From the NCBI GenBank assembly GCA_020201435.1, contig JAIVGS010000001.1, positions 1-54,759 on the forward strand: DNA of 54,759 nucleotides, given 5' to 3'. Each line of letters begins with the position of its first letter. The first letter of the stretch is position 1. Positions 7,216 to 15,219 of this stretch are shown one piece after another. The notes under the pieces are model-generated. The model saw only the letters and a program-made list of their open reading frames with translations, was not told where the DNA came from and made no database searches. The position numbers were made by a program, and so were the translations under genes. The stretch comes from Myxococcales bacterium. Its GTDB lineage: Bacteria > Myxococcota > Myxococcia > Myxococcales > 40CM-4-68-19.

Positions 7216-9054
7216 ATGCCCGCTTACGCACTCATCGCCGAGCCGGATCCTGCCCAGGCGCAGCTCTACGGCCACATCGCGGCCGCCGAAGGGTTGGAGG
7301 TCAAGCTGGTTCGCGGCGCGGCCGAGGCGCTGGCCTTCGTGCAGCTCGCCGGCGCCCCGGCGCTGACGATCACCGAGCTGTCGCTGGCGGGCACCGACGG
7401 GTTCCAGCTGATCGAGGAGATCCGCAAGCTCGCTTCCGAGGAGCATGCGCCGGTGGTGGCGATCTCGGCCTTTCGCGCCCTGCGCGACACCGCGCTGCGG
7501 CTGCGGGGAGAGCTCGGGATCTCCGCGCTCCTCGCCCGTTCCGCGCCGGCCGATTCGATCCGCCGCGCGGTGAAGAAGGTGCTGGCCGCCTCGCATGCGC
7601 CGCATGGGCCGGCGCCGTCGACCGCGCCGCCGCCGCCGGTCGCGACGCTGCACGGCATCGACGAGGAGCGGGCCGAGGAGATCCGGCTCCATCGCATCGA
7701 CCAGATGGGCCTCGCGGCCGCCGAGCCGGACGCCGAGCTCGACCGGATCGCGGAGGAGACCGCGAAGCGCTTCGGCGTGCCGGCGGCGATGATCTCGCTG
7801 GTCCTCGAGGAAAAGCAGTGGGCGATCGGCGCGCACGGCGTCCCCGACGAGGCTCGAGTGGTCCAGCGCGAACATTCGTTCTGCACCCACGTCGTCCAGG
7901 GCCGCCAGCCGCTGGTGGTGGCGGACGCGGTGCACCATCCCGGGTTCGAGGAGAATCCTCTCGTCCAGAAAGGGCTGGTCGGCAGCTACGCCGGCGCGCC
8001 GCTCGAGACGCCGTCCGGGGACGTGCTCGGAACTCTTTGTATTCTCGACAGAAAACCGCTGGCGGTGACCCCCGAGGACGTCGATGAGCTGGTGCTGCTC
8101 GCGCGCGGAGTGGCCGGCGAGCTCGAGCTGCGCGTGGGGAAGAAGCGGCAGCAGCACGACCTGTCGCTGTTGCCGGAGCCGCTGCGCCGGGAGCTGACCG
8201 CGGTCTCGTATCTCACCGCGGTGCTCGACAACATCGACAACGGCGTCTTCCTCCTCGACGCGCAGCGGAAGGTGATCTTCGCCAACCAGGCGCTGGCGGA
8301 CCTGTTCGGCGTGACTCCGGATTCGCTGATCGGCAGGCACGGCGACGAGGTGGTGCACGAGGCCGCCCAGTCGTCGAGCGATCCCGACGATTTTTTGCGC
8401 AAGCTGAAGGTTTCGCCGGCCGGCGCGTACGCGATCCGCGGCGAGTTCGAGATGGAAAGGCCGCGCCGCCGGTTCCTGCGGTGGATGGCTAAGCCGGTGC
8501 AGCTCGGCGACGGCGTCGGGCAGCTCACCGTGCTGACCGACGTCACCGCGGAGATGGACCTGATCCGCGAGCGGGACCACCTGGCGCGGACCGATCCGAT
8601 CACCGGCCTGATGAACCGGCGCGCGGCGGAGGAAGTGCTGGAGCGGGAAGCATCGCGGGCGCAGCGGTTCGGGTCGCGGATCTCGGTGGCGCTGATCGAT
8701 CTCGACCACTTCAAGCAGGTCAACGATCGATTCGGGCACGCCGCCGGCGACGACGCGCTGCGGGCGACGGCGCAGGTGCTGAACAGCGCGATGCGGGGCG
8801 TCGACGTGGCGGCGCGCTGGGGGGGCGACGAGCTGCTCGCGATCCTGCCGGCCACCGGCCTCGAGGGAGCGCGGTCGTTCGGCGAGCGGGTGCGGGCGGC
8901 GGTCGAGGGCCTCGGCGCGCAGGTGATGCGGGGTGCGACCTTGTCGGTCGGTGTCGCAGAGCTGCAGCCCGGCGAGGACTGGGCGGACGCGGTCCGCCGC
9001 GCCGACGCCAAGCTCTACGAGGCCAAGGACGCCGGCAGAAACCGCGTCGCCTGA
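7216..9054 (+). CDS. Diguanylate cyclase (pseudo-receiver + GAF + PAS + GGDEF-type domain)
   Basis: ATG at 7216; REC-like N-terminus; GAF (SFCTH, YAGAPL, GTLCILD); PAS; TDPITGLMNRR, DLDHFKQVNDRFGHAAGD, RGVD I-site, RWGGDEL, AKDAGRN. Confidence 0.92.
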   Translation: MPAYALIAEPDPAQAQLYGHIAAAEGLEVKLVRGAAEALAFVQLAGAPALTITELSLAGTDGFQLIEEIRKLASEEHAPVVAISAFRALRDTALRLRGELGISALLARSAPADSIRRAVKKVLAASHAPHGPAPSTAPPPPVATLHGIDEERAEEIRLHRIDQMGLAAAEPDAELDRIAEETAKRFGVPAAMISLVLEEKQWAIGAHGVPDEARVVQREHSFCTHVVQGRQPLVVADAVHHPGFEENPLVQKGLVGSYAGAPLETPSGDVLGTLCILDRKPLAVTPEDVDELVLLARGVAGELELRVGKKRQQHDLSLLPEPLRRELTAVSYLTAVLDNIDNGVFLLDAQRKVIFANQALADLFGVTPDSLIGRHGDEVVHEAAQSSSDPDDFLRKLKVSPAGAYAIRGEFEMERPRRRFLRWMAKPVQLGDGVGQLTVLTDVTAEMDLIRERDHLARTDPITGLMNRRAAEEVLEREASRAQRFGSRISVALIDLDHFKQVNDRFGHAAGDDALRATAQVLNSAMRGVDVAARWGGDELLAILPATGLEGARSFGERVRAAVEGLGAQVMRGATLSVGVAELQPGEDWADAVRRADAKLYEAKDAGRNRVA

Positions 9055-9058
9055 GACG

Positions 9059-9086
9059 GGAACCTTTTCGCGCGCTCGGCGTGTAA
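9059..9086 (+). promoter_or_regulatory. Putative ECF-type promoter upstream of the ECF sigma gene
   Basis: GGAACC(9059-9064)-N16-GTGTAA(9081-9086), with an in-frame GTG at 9093. Confidence 0.55.
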
Positions 9087-9092
9087 CCGGCG

Positions 9093-9641
9093 GTGCTGCG
9101 AAATTCGGCCGCAATGATCCTGCGCGACGGCGACTCGGAGCTCGACGAGCTGACGCTGCGCCGCGCACAGGCCGGCGATGACGCCGCCTGCCGGGCGCTG
9201 GTCGAGCGGTACCAGCGGCCGGTGTTTGCGCTGATCTCGCGGACGATCGGACACGGGCCGCTGGTGGAGGATCTCGCCCAGGAGACGTTTCTCAAGGCGT
9301 TTCGGGCACTTGCGAGATTCGATCCAGCCGGGCGGGCGCGCTTTTCGACGTGGCTTCTGACCATCGCGGCTCGGCTCGCGATCGACCACGCGCGGCGGCG
9401 CGAGCCGGCTCCCGATCGACCTCGGCTCGCAGCCGGGTCGGCGGAGCTTCGCACCGCCCTGGCGGCGGCGGTCGAGTCGCTGCCGCCCGATTTCCGCGCT
9501 GCGTTCCTGCTGCGGGAGGCGCACGGGTTCTCGACGGCAGAAGTGGCCGAGGCGCTCGGGGTCGAGGAAGGCACCGTCAAGTCGCGTCTCTCCCGGGCGC
9601 GGGAAGCGCTGCGGCAGATCCTCGGAGATTTCCATGACTGA
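9093..9641 (+). CDS. ECF (sigma-70 group 4) RNA polymerase sigma factor
   Basis: EDLAQETFLKAF, FSTWLLTIA, region-4 HTH EVAEALGVEEGTVKSRLSRAR. Start is GTG 9093 or ATG 9114. Confidence 0.95.
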   Translation: MLRNSAAMILRDGDSELDELTLRRAQAGDDAACRALVERYQRPVFALISRTIGHGPLVEDLAQETFLKAFRALARFDPAGRARFSTWLLTIAARLAIDHARRREPAPDRPRLAAGSAELRTALAAAVESLPPDFRAAFLLREAHGFSTAEVAEALGVEEGTVKSRLSRAREALRQILGDFHD

Positions 9642-10938
9642 CTTTTCCCAGTGGCCCGCGCAGGAGCCGCCGGACGGCTTTGCCGGACGCGTGCTGGCTT
9701 CGCGGCGGCAGCGGCGGCGGTGGCCACTCGTTACCGCGGCGGCTGCGGCAGCGGTGGTTGCGGCGTTTGCCTTGCTGCGGACGGAGAACGGAGCGGCGGA
9801 ACCCGTGCGGCGGGCGGCGATCGCGATGGGCCGGCGCGCGACGGCGGTGGCCGAGCCGGGTGCGCGATTGCGCTGGTCGATCTCACCCTCGGGGCGCGCG
9901 AGCGTCGTGCAGGACCGGGGCGAGGTCTTTTATCGCGTCGAGCCGGGCGGCCCGTTCGAGGTCGACGCCGGCGGCGCGCGCATCGAGGTGCTGGGAACCT
10001 GCTTTCGCGTGGAGGTGGGCATGTCTTCTGCGAGCAAGATGGCGCTGTCCGCGGCGGCCGGAGCAGCCGCCGCGACCGCGGTGGTGGTGACGGTCTACGA
10101 AGGAAGGGTCGCCGTCGCATCGCCGGCAGGCGCCGTCCAGGTGGCGGCCGGCGAACGCGCGCGCAGCGAGCCCGGCCAGGCGGTCCGCGTCGAGGACGCG
10201 CACGCCGCTCCAACGGCGCCGGCCACGACTGTCTCCTCCGGTTCGCCCGAGGCCTCGAGCCGCGAGCAGCTGATCCAGCGCGATCGCGCGCAGCAGGCCG
10301 AGATCGCGACGCTGCGAAATCGCGTCCGCGACCTGGAGAAAAAAGTGGCGGTCGCGCCCTCGGCCGGGGAGGCCTCGCATCCGGCCGAGCGCGGGCCGGC
10401 GCTCAAGTACCGCGACTTCACCCCCGAGGAGCTCCTCGAGATGGCGCGCAACTGCGAAGTGCGCGTCGACCTTCTGCCCCTCTCGCGCGAGCCGTTCAAG
10501 CTCGGTCCCGACCTCAGCGCTCAGCTGCACCTCTCCGAGGACGAGCAGGCGCGCGTCAACGCGACGGTCAACGATCTCGCGAAAGAGACCATCGCCCGGC
10601 TGCGCGCGCTGTACGTGGAGGCGACCGGCGACGTGGCGGGCGCCGACAATCTCGAGCCCTTTTCGCTGCAACGCGAGATCCTGCACAAGTCGCCGGAGCC
10701 GGTCATCGCTGCGGCTCGGGCGCGCGTGGCTCGCGAGCGGGCGGGTCTCGAAACGCCGCCGGCCGACCCTCGCGCCGGCAGCATTCCGGAGCGGCTTTTC
10801 CGCTATCTGATCACCGTCAATGACACGCTGCAGCATTCGCTCGAGCCGGAGCTCGGGGCGCAGCAGGCGGCCGCGGTGCGCGATCGGCTCTCGTGGTCGC
10901 GGATGAACATGAGCGGCTGCGCCAACGACGGCCGTTAG
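9634..10938 (+). CDS. FecR-domain putative anti-sigma factor
   Basis: Overlaps the sigma stop. Short cytoplasmic N-terminus, basic patch, TM helix, FecR-like GEVFYRV..F.V...IEVLGTCFRV and VTVYEGRV, then a coiled coil and helical C-terminal domain. Confidence 0.8.
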   Translation: MTDFSQWPAQEPPDGFAGRVLASRRQRRRWPLVTAAAAAAVVAAFALLRTENGAAEPVRRAAIAMGRRATAVAEPGARLRWSISPSGRASVVQDRGEVFYRVEPGGPFEVDAGGARIEVLGTCFRVEVGMSSASKMALSAAAGAAAATAVVVTVYEGRVAVASPAGAVQVAAGERARSEPGQAVRVEDAHAAPTAPATTVSSGSPEASSREQLIQRDRAQQAEIATLRNRVRDLEKKVAVAPSAGEASHPAERGPALKYRDFTPEELLEMARNCEVRVDLLPLSREPFKLGPDLSAQLHLSEDEQARVNATVNDLAKETIARLRALYVEATGDVAGADNLEPFSLQREILHKSPEPVIAAARARVARERAGLETPPADPRAGSIPERLFRYLITVNDTLQHSLEPELGAQQAAAVRDRLSWSRMNMSGCANDGR

Positions 10939-11135
10939 GGGAGTCGGAACGGCTCGCCGCGCGGCCCGTCGCGCTTGCGGAGCTGCTCGTGCGAAGGCGG
11001 CGGGAACTGCGAGATGAACGGCAGGTAATCGCCGGCCCCTCGCGCCGCATCCTTCGCGAATCGGTTCAGCGCGGCCGCATCAGCCGGGGTCGTCCGGATC
11101 ATGATCTCGTCCGATGATGATGCGCTTGAGCTCAT
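10935..11135 (-). CDS. Small hypothetical protein (66 aa) overlapping the nucleotidyltransferase 3' end
   Basis: ATG at 11135 inside the NTase gene; MSSSASSSDEIMIRTTPADAAALNRF...DYLPFISQFPPPSHEQLRKRDGPRGEPFRLP; fills the gap to the anti-sigma stop. Confidence 0.6.
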   Translation of the reverse strand: MSSSASSSDEIMIRTTPADAAALNRFAKDAARGAGDYLPFISQFPPPSHEQLRKRDGPRGEPFRLP

Positions 11136-11634
11136 CGAATCTCCCGCGCAGGCCGTGTTTCTCGAAGTAACCGCGGATCTTCTCCTCGTCAACCCCGGGC
11201 AGCTCGAGGAGGAACTGGATGTCCGCCAACTCTTTGTAGAGCCGCACGGGGCTGTTCTTGATCGCATGGACCTTCATCGCCGCCAGGTGTTCCGGAGACG
11301 GAACGAGCAGGTCGAGAGAACCGACGCGCTTGCGTTGGGCGTCGGCGAAGAGAACGTCCGCGGTGTGCGCATCGAGGTAGATGAAGTCGACGCGGCCGAG
11401 CGCCGGATCGGCGTGCAGGTGATTCGAGTAGCCCTCGGATGCGTGGAGCTCCTCGTAGCCGAGTGACTTCATGAAGCGCAGCAGATCGACCCGTGCGGCG
11501 TCTTCGACCACGAAGTCGAGATCGGCCGTGGCGCGTTGCAGCCCGTGCGCTTGCATTGCAAACGCGCCGGCGAGGGCAAACCGCCGTCGCTCGAGAAACG
11601 TGGCGATCGCGCCGAGGACTTTCGCGAAATCCAC
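11080..11634 (-). CDS. Pol-beta-superfamily nucleotidyltransferase (AbiEii/DUF2204-like)
   Basis: AGAFAM..HG..RATADLDF (G-x-x-A...R-x-T-x-D-x-D), RVDF third Asp, EHLAAMK, and C-terminal ADIQFLL. Confidence 0.85.
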   Translation of the reverse strand: MDFAKVLGAIATFLERRRFALAGAFAMQAHGLQRATADLDFVVEDAARVDLLRFMKSLGYEELHASEGYSNHLHADPALGRVDFIYLDAHTADVLFADAQRKRVGSLDLLVPSPEHLAAMKVHAIKNSPVRLYKELADIQFLLELPGVDEEKIRGYFEKHGLRGRFDELKRIIIGRDHDPDDPG

Positions 11635-11640
11635 GGCCGC

Positions 11641-11649
11641 AGGCTATCA
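11641..11649 (-). promoter_or_regulatory. Putative extended -10 (TGaTAGCCT) 6 nt before GTG
   Basis: Minus strand TGATAGCCT-gcggcc-GTG(11634). Confidence 0.5.
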
Positions 11650-11657
11650 CATCGGCG

Positions 11658-11687
11658 TTGACGTGAACGGGCCGTTCCTGATATATC
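11658..11687 (+). promoter_or_regulatory. Putative sigma70 promoter of the transposase
   Basis: TTGACG-N18-TATATC, 8 nt before ATG 11696. Confidence 0.45.
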
Positions 11688-11695
11688 CCGAAATC

Positions 11696-12307
11696 ATGCA
11701 ACAACTCGAATTCACGACGCACGGCGGACGGCGCCGAGGAGCAGGCCGCCCGACGACTGGCCGCGTCTCCCACGCGATGCGACCGCGGTTCGCGCGGCCG
11801 ACGCCGGCGCACGTCACCCTGAGGGTCGGGGAGGACGTCTGGAACCTGCGCCGGAAGTCGGTATTGCGGGAGATCCGGGCGTGCTTCGCTGCGGCTCTGG
11901 GCCGATTCGGGCTCCGGCTGATCGAATTCTCGATCCTCGGCAACCACCTGCACCTGATCGTCGAGGCCGACGACACGGCAGCGCTCTCACGGGGCATGCA
12001 GGGTTTGACCATCCGGATCGCGAAGGCGCTCAACCGGCTGATGTCGCGCCGCGGGACGCTCTTCGCGGACCATTACCACGCGCGCCTCCTCACCACACCC
12101 GCCGAGCTCGTCAACGCCATCGCGTATGTGCTCGAAAACGCGGCGCGCCGTTACGGCGCGTCGGGACCCGACGCGTTTTCATCTGCCGCGCCGAACGCGC
12201 GCCTCGCCCTCGCGGTGCCGGTCAGCTGGCTGCTGACGGTCGGATGGCGGCGCGCCAAACGGATTCCTGACTGGATGCTTCAGCGACAGCGCACGGCCGC
12301 GACGTAG
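11696..12307 (+). mobile_element. Y1 HUH tyrosine transposase (IS200/RAYT-like), stand-alone
   Basis: Start MQQLEF at 11696; HVTLR, HUH motif GNHLHLIVE, G.LF..HYH, catalytic Tyr in YVLEN. No tnpB and no evident IS ends. Confidence 0.85.
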
Positions 12308-12319
12308 CCCGCCTGGTCT

Positions 12320-12496
12320 TCATCGCAGCACCTTCATCAACAACCCGATCACCAGGCCGAGCGCCACCAGGCCGGCGATGATCGAGCCGTAGCCGAGCAG
12401 GGCCTGCTTGAAGGTCGGCGGAGGCAGCTCCTGCGGCTCCGAAGGAGGCGGAGGATAGTGCTCGACAATCTTCTTTTCCGGCGGGGCGTCGGTCAT
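12320..12496 (-). CDS. Small Pro-rich membrane protein (58 aa)
   Basis: ATGA overlap with the upstream 899-aa gene; MTDAPPEKK...PPPTFKQALLGYGSIIAGLVALGLVIGLLMKVLR, one C-terminal TM helix. Confidence 0.7.
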   Translation of the reverse strand: MTDAPPEKKIVEHYPPPPSEPQELPPPTFKQALLGYGSIIAGLVALGLVIGLLMKVLR

Positions 12497-15192
12497 CCGA
12501 GCGCCACCGGGATCCAGTCGCCGCTCTGCGGCACGCGGCCGGCTTCGTACTCGCGGATCCAGTCGGCGACGTGGTGCTGCGCGAGCAAGGTGAAGAACGG
12601 GTTCTCCCGGGCGACGATCTCGAAGATGCCGAGGCCGCCCTGCTTTTCGAAGCCCTTGAAGAGCGCGCGGCCGACGAAGACGAACAGCTCGTGCAGACCC
12701 TGCGGCGAGACGGCCATCACCAGGCGCAGCGAGCTCATCGGAAAGACGAACCGCTCGCGCATCGCCGGATGCAGCGCCCCGACGTCGACGTCTCGTTTGA
12801 TGAAGACGAGATCGCCGCCGCGGGCCTCGACGTAGGCCTTGAGGGCCTCTTCGGAGAGGGCCGCGCCGCCGTTGTAGATGTCGCCGCGGTCCTCGTACGA
12901 CTCCTGCGAGGCCAGCCGCGCGACGAAGTCGCGGACCACGCCGTTCAGGACCGTCTCGGCGCTGTCGAAATCGCCGCCCGCCACGCTCCGCCGAACCGCC
13001 AGCTCGACGTCGGCCGGGATCGGCATCGACAGCGGCTGCGAGACCGCGACCGAGAGCGGGCACACCAGCGACGGCTGCCCGCGTCTCGCCCGTTCGGCGG
13101 CGAGGATCGCGTCGACTCGCGCCCGCACGCCGCCGTTGCGGGCGGTGCCGCGCGCGCTCTCGTTGATCTTCTCCGCGATCGAGACCTTGATCTGTCCGAA
13201 GATGTCGTCCTCGAAGGTCGCGATCTCCGGCGCGGCGCCGAAGGAGACGAAGATTCCCGCCTCGAGCTTTTCCCCGCTCGCCAGCGACAGCTCGGCCTCG
13301 CGCTGGTCCTCGAGCCGCTGCCGTTGCGCCTCCAGCGCGCGCAGGCGGTAGGAGGGTTCCTCACCCGAGGCCTTGTCGAGCGTGCCCCGGCGCAGCGCGT
13401 CCTGGGCCGAGCGGATCGCGCCCTCGAGCATCTGGAATTGCGCGCGGTATTTCTCCTCGATGGTGGCGATGGTCCTGGCGACCGCCTCGCGCGAGGCCTC
13501 GCTGTCGAGCCGGCGCGCGTAGCTGCCGAGGGCGTGGCGGATCTCGTCGGACAGCTCGAGCAGCGCGACGATGTCGCCCGAGAAGCTGACCGCGTCGCCG
13601 AGCAGATTGTTCAAGTAAATCCCGCCCTTGTCGGCGAGGTGGGCGGCGCCCTGGGCGTGGCGGGCGGCCGCCGTCAGGATCGGGCCGTAGAATTCGCGGG
13701 AGAGGAAGTCGGCGACGACGGTCTCCTTGAGGAACGCGGTCCGCTTGGTGAAATCCTTCATGTCGCAGAAGAGGTGCCCCATCTGCGGCGCGCGGGCGCG
13801 GGACATGAGAATCGGCTTTTCGTCGATGCCGAAGAGGTAGAGCTTGCCGCCCTCGTGCTCGGCGGTGACGCCGCCGTCGCTCTCGGCGCCGGTGCGGTGG
13901 ACGAGCTGGGTCTCGGCCTGGTCGAGGCCGCGGTCGAGGGCGGCGTCGACCGCGAGCGAGGCGACGGCGCTCGACCACGACTTCACCACCGCGTCGGTCG
14001 AGATGTAGGCGCCGGGGTCTTCGTCCTTCCATTCTTTCGCGGCGATGGCGATCGACTCGAGCAGCGACCGGGCCGGCTCGTTGGTCGCGCCCTTCGCGGC
14101 CGACCTGGCGCGGGTGAGCAGGTCCTTGCGCGCGGAGACGGTGACCAGGATCTTCTCCAGCGCGACCGGCGCCTGGAAGAGCTGCGCCATCGTCAGGCCG
14201 TCGACCGAGAGCGACGGGGCGCGGCCGACGTCGGCCATCCGCAGAAGCTGCAGGAGCTCGCCGCGGAGCCGGGCGAGCGCGACCTGGCGGGCGGCCTTGC
14301 GCATCGCTTCCTTCGACCCGGCCAGATCGGCCACCGCGTCGCGGCCGACCGTCTCCGGCGTCCCGCCCCCGATCAGCTTCTGCGTCAGCTGCTCGATCCG
14401 CAGCGGGGCCTCGGCGAACGGCAGGCCGTAGGAGGATGCGCCGCTGCCCCACACCATCTTGAGACCGCCGAGCCACGGAAGGGCGTGGGCGGCCGCTTCC
14501 GATTGGAGCCCCGAAGGGCTCGAAAAGACGCCGGATTCTCGCGCCGCCAGGCGGACGGCACAGAGCAGGCCGGCGGCGACCGCCCCGTGAAGGACGCGCC
14601 CGGCGGGACCGCCGACCGGCAGATCCTTCAGCGTGTCGAGGGCGCTTTGCGAGAGCGCCCGCAGGGCGAGCAGCGCCAGGTAGGGCGTCGGCTCGGGAGG
14701 CTCGTGGGTGGTCGACTCTTCCTGCGCGCGCCGGAGCAACGCGTTGATCGTGCCCACCAGCACCCGGCCCGGCCGGCCCGAGGCGATCCACGACGCCAGC
14801 AGGCCGCTGTCGAGCGCGGAGTGAAGCTCGGGCGCCTCGAGAAACGCCCGCCGCACGTTGTCGCTCTTCACCGTCGCCGGCGCGATGAACGACGCCGGCC
14901 GCGCGGCGCGCGGGTCGAATCCGTCGAGCAGGATCAGCCGGTCGTACTCCTGCTCCCGCAGCGCGATCTGGTGCCGGACGCAGAGGAGGAAGAAGAGATC
15001 GCGCGCCGCGGCGCCCAGCGCCTGGCCGATCTGCCCGTCGACGTGCACCGGAACGCGCAGGTCGGCCAGCGAGGTGCCGACGTGGAAGCGGAGCGAGCGG
15101 CCGTCGAGGCGCAGCGTGTCGCCGATCATCCGCCCCGGCATCTGCCGGCGCAGCCGCGCGATCAGGTCGAGCCGTTCGTCGGCGTAGGCCAC
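12493..15192 (-). CDS. Large hypothetical protein with C-terminal class III nucleotidyl cyclase-like domain
   Basis: LFCDMKDFT, NNLLGDAV, LEAGIFVSFG, INESAR, AALSEEA and GRALFKG...IFEI occur in canonical cyclase order with large insertions. The CDS is confident; the function is inferred. Confidence 0.7.
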   Translation of the reverse strand: MAYADERLDLIARLRRQMPGRMIGDTLRLDGRSLRFHVGTSLADLRVPVHVDGQIGQALGAAARDLFFLLCVRHQIALREQEYDRLILLDGFDPRAARPASFIAPATVKSDNVRRAFLEAPELHSALDSGLLASWIASGRPGRVLVGTINALLRRAQEESTTHEPPEPTPYLALLALRALSQSALDTLKDLPVGGPAGRVLHGAVAAGLLCAVRLAARESGVFSSPSGLQSEAAAHALPWLGGLKMVWGSGASSYGLPFAEAPLRIEQLTQKLIGGGTPETVGRDAVADLAGSKEAMRKAARQVALARLRGELLQLLRMADVGRAPSLSVDGLTMAQLFQAPVALEKILVTVSARKDLLTRARSAAKGATNEPARSLLESIAIAAKEWKDEDPGAYISTDAVVKSWSSAVASLAVDAALDRGLDQAETQLVHRTGAESDGGVTAEHEGGKLYLFGIDEKPILMSRARAPQMGHLFCDMKDFTKRTAFLKETVVADFLSREFYGPILTAAARHAQGAAHLADKGGIYLNNLLGDAVSFSGDIVALLELSDEIRHALGSYARRLDSEASREAVARTIATIEEKYRAQFQMLEGAIRSAQDALRRGTLDKASGEEPSYRLRALEAQRQRLEDQREAELSLASGEKLEAGIFVSFGAAPEIATFEDDIFGQIKVSIAEKINESARGTARNGGVRARVDAILAAERARRGQPSLVCPLSVAVSQPLSMPIPADVELAVRRSVAGGDFDSAETVLNGVVRDFVARLASQESYEDRGDIYNGGAALSEEALKAYVEARGGDLVFIKRDVDVGALHPAMRERFVFPMSSLRLVMAVSPQGLHELFVFVGRALFKGFEKQGGLGIFEIVARENPFFTLLAQHHVADWIREYEAGRVPQSGDWIPVALG

Positions 15193-15198
15193 GCGGCC

Positions 15199-15213
15199 AG
15201 TTTAGCGTAAGAA
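15199..15213. promoter_or_regulatory. Back-to-back -10-like elements in a 27-nt divergent spacer
   Basis: Minus TAAACT + 6 nt + GTG(15192); plus TAAGAA + 6 nt + ATG(15220). Confidence 0.45.
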
Positions 15214-15219
15214 GCGCGG

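Noticed and set aside
11471-12307. Complete IS200/IS605 element with tnpB or omegaRNA
   Set aside because: No TnpB/IscB ORF, no terminal hairpins, and no room for a guide RNA.
10935-15192. Calling NTase + transposase + cyclase a single Pycsar/CBASS defence island
   Set aside because: No cyclic-nucleotide-binding, TIR or 2TM effector. Composition looks host-like, and adjacency alone is insufficient, so they are reported separately.
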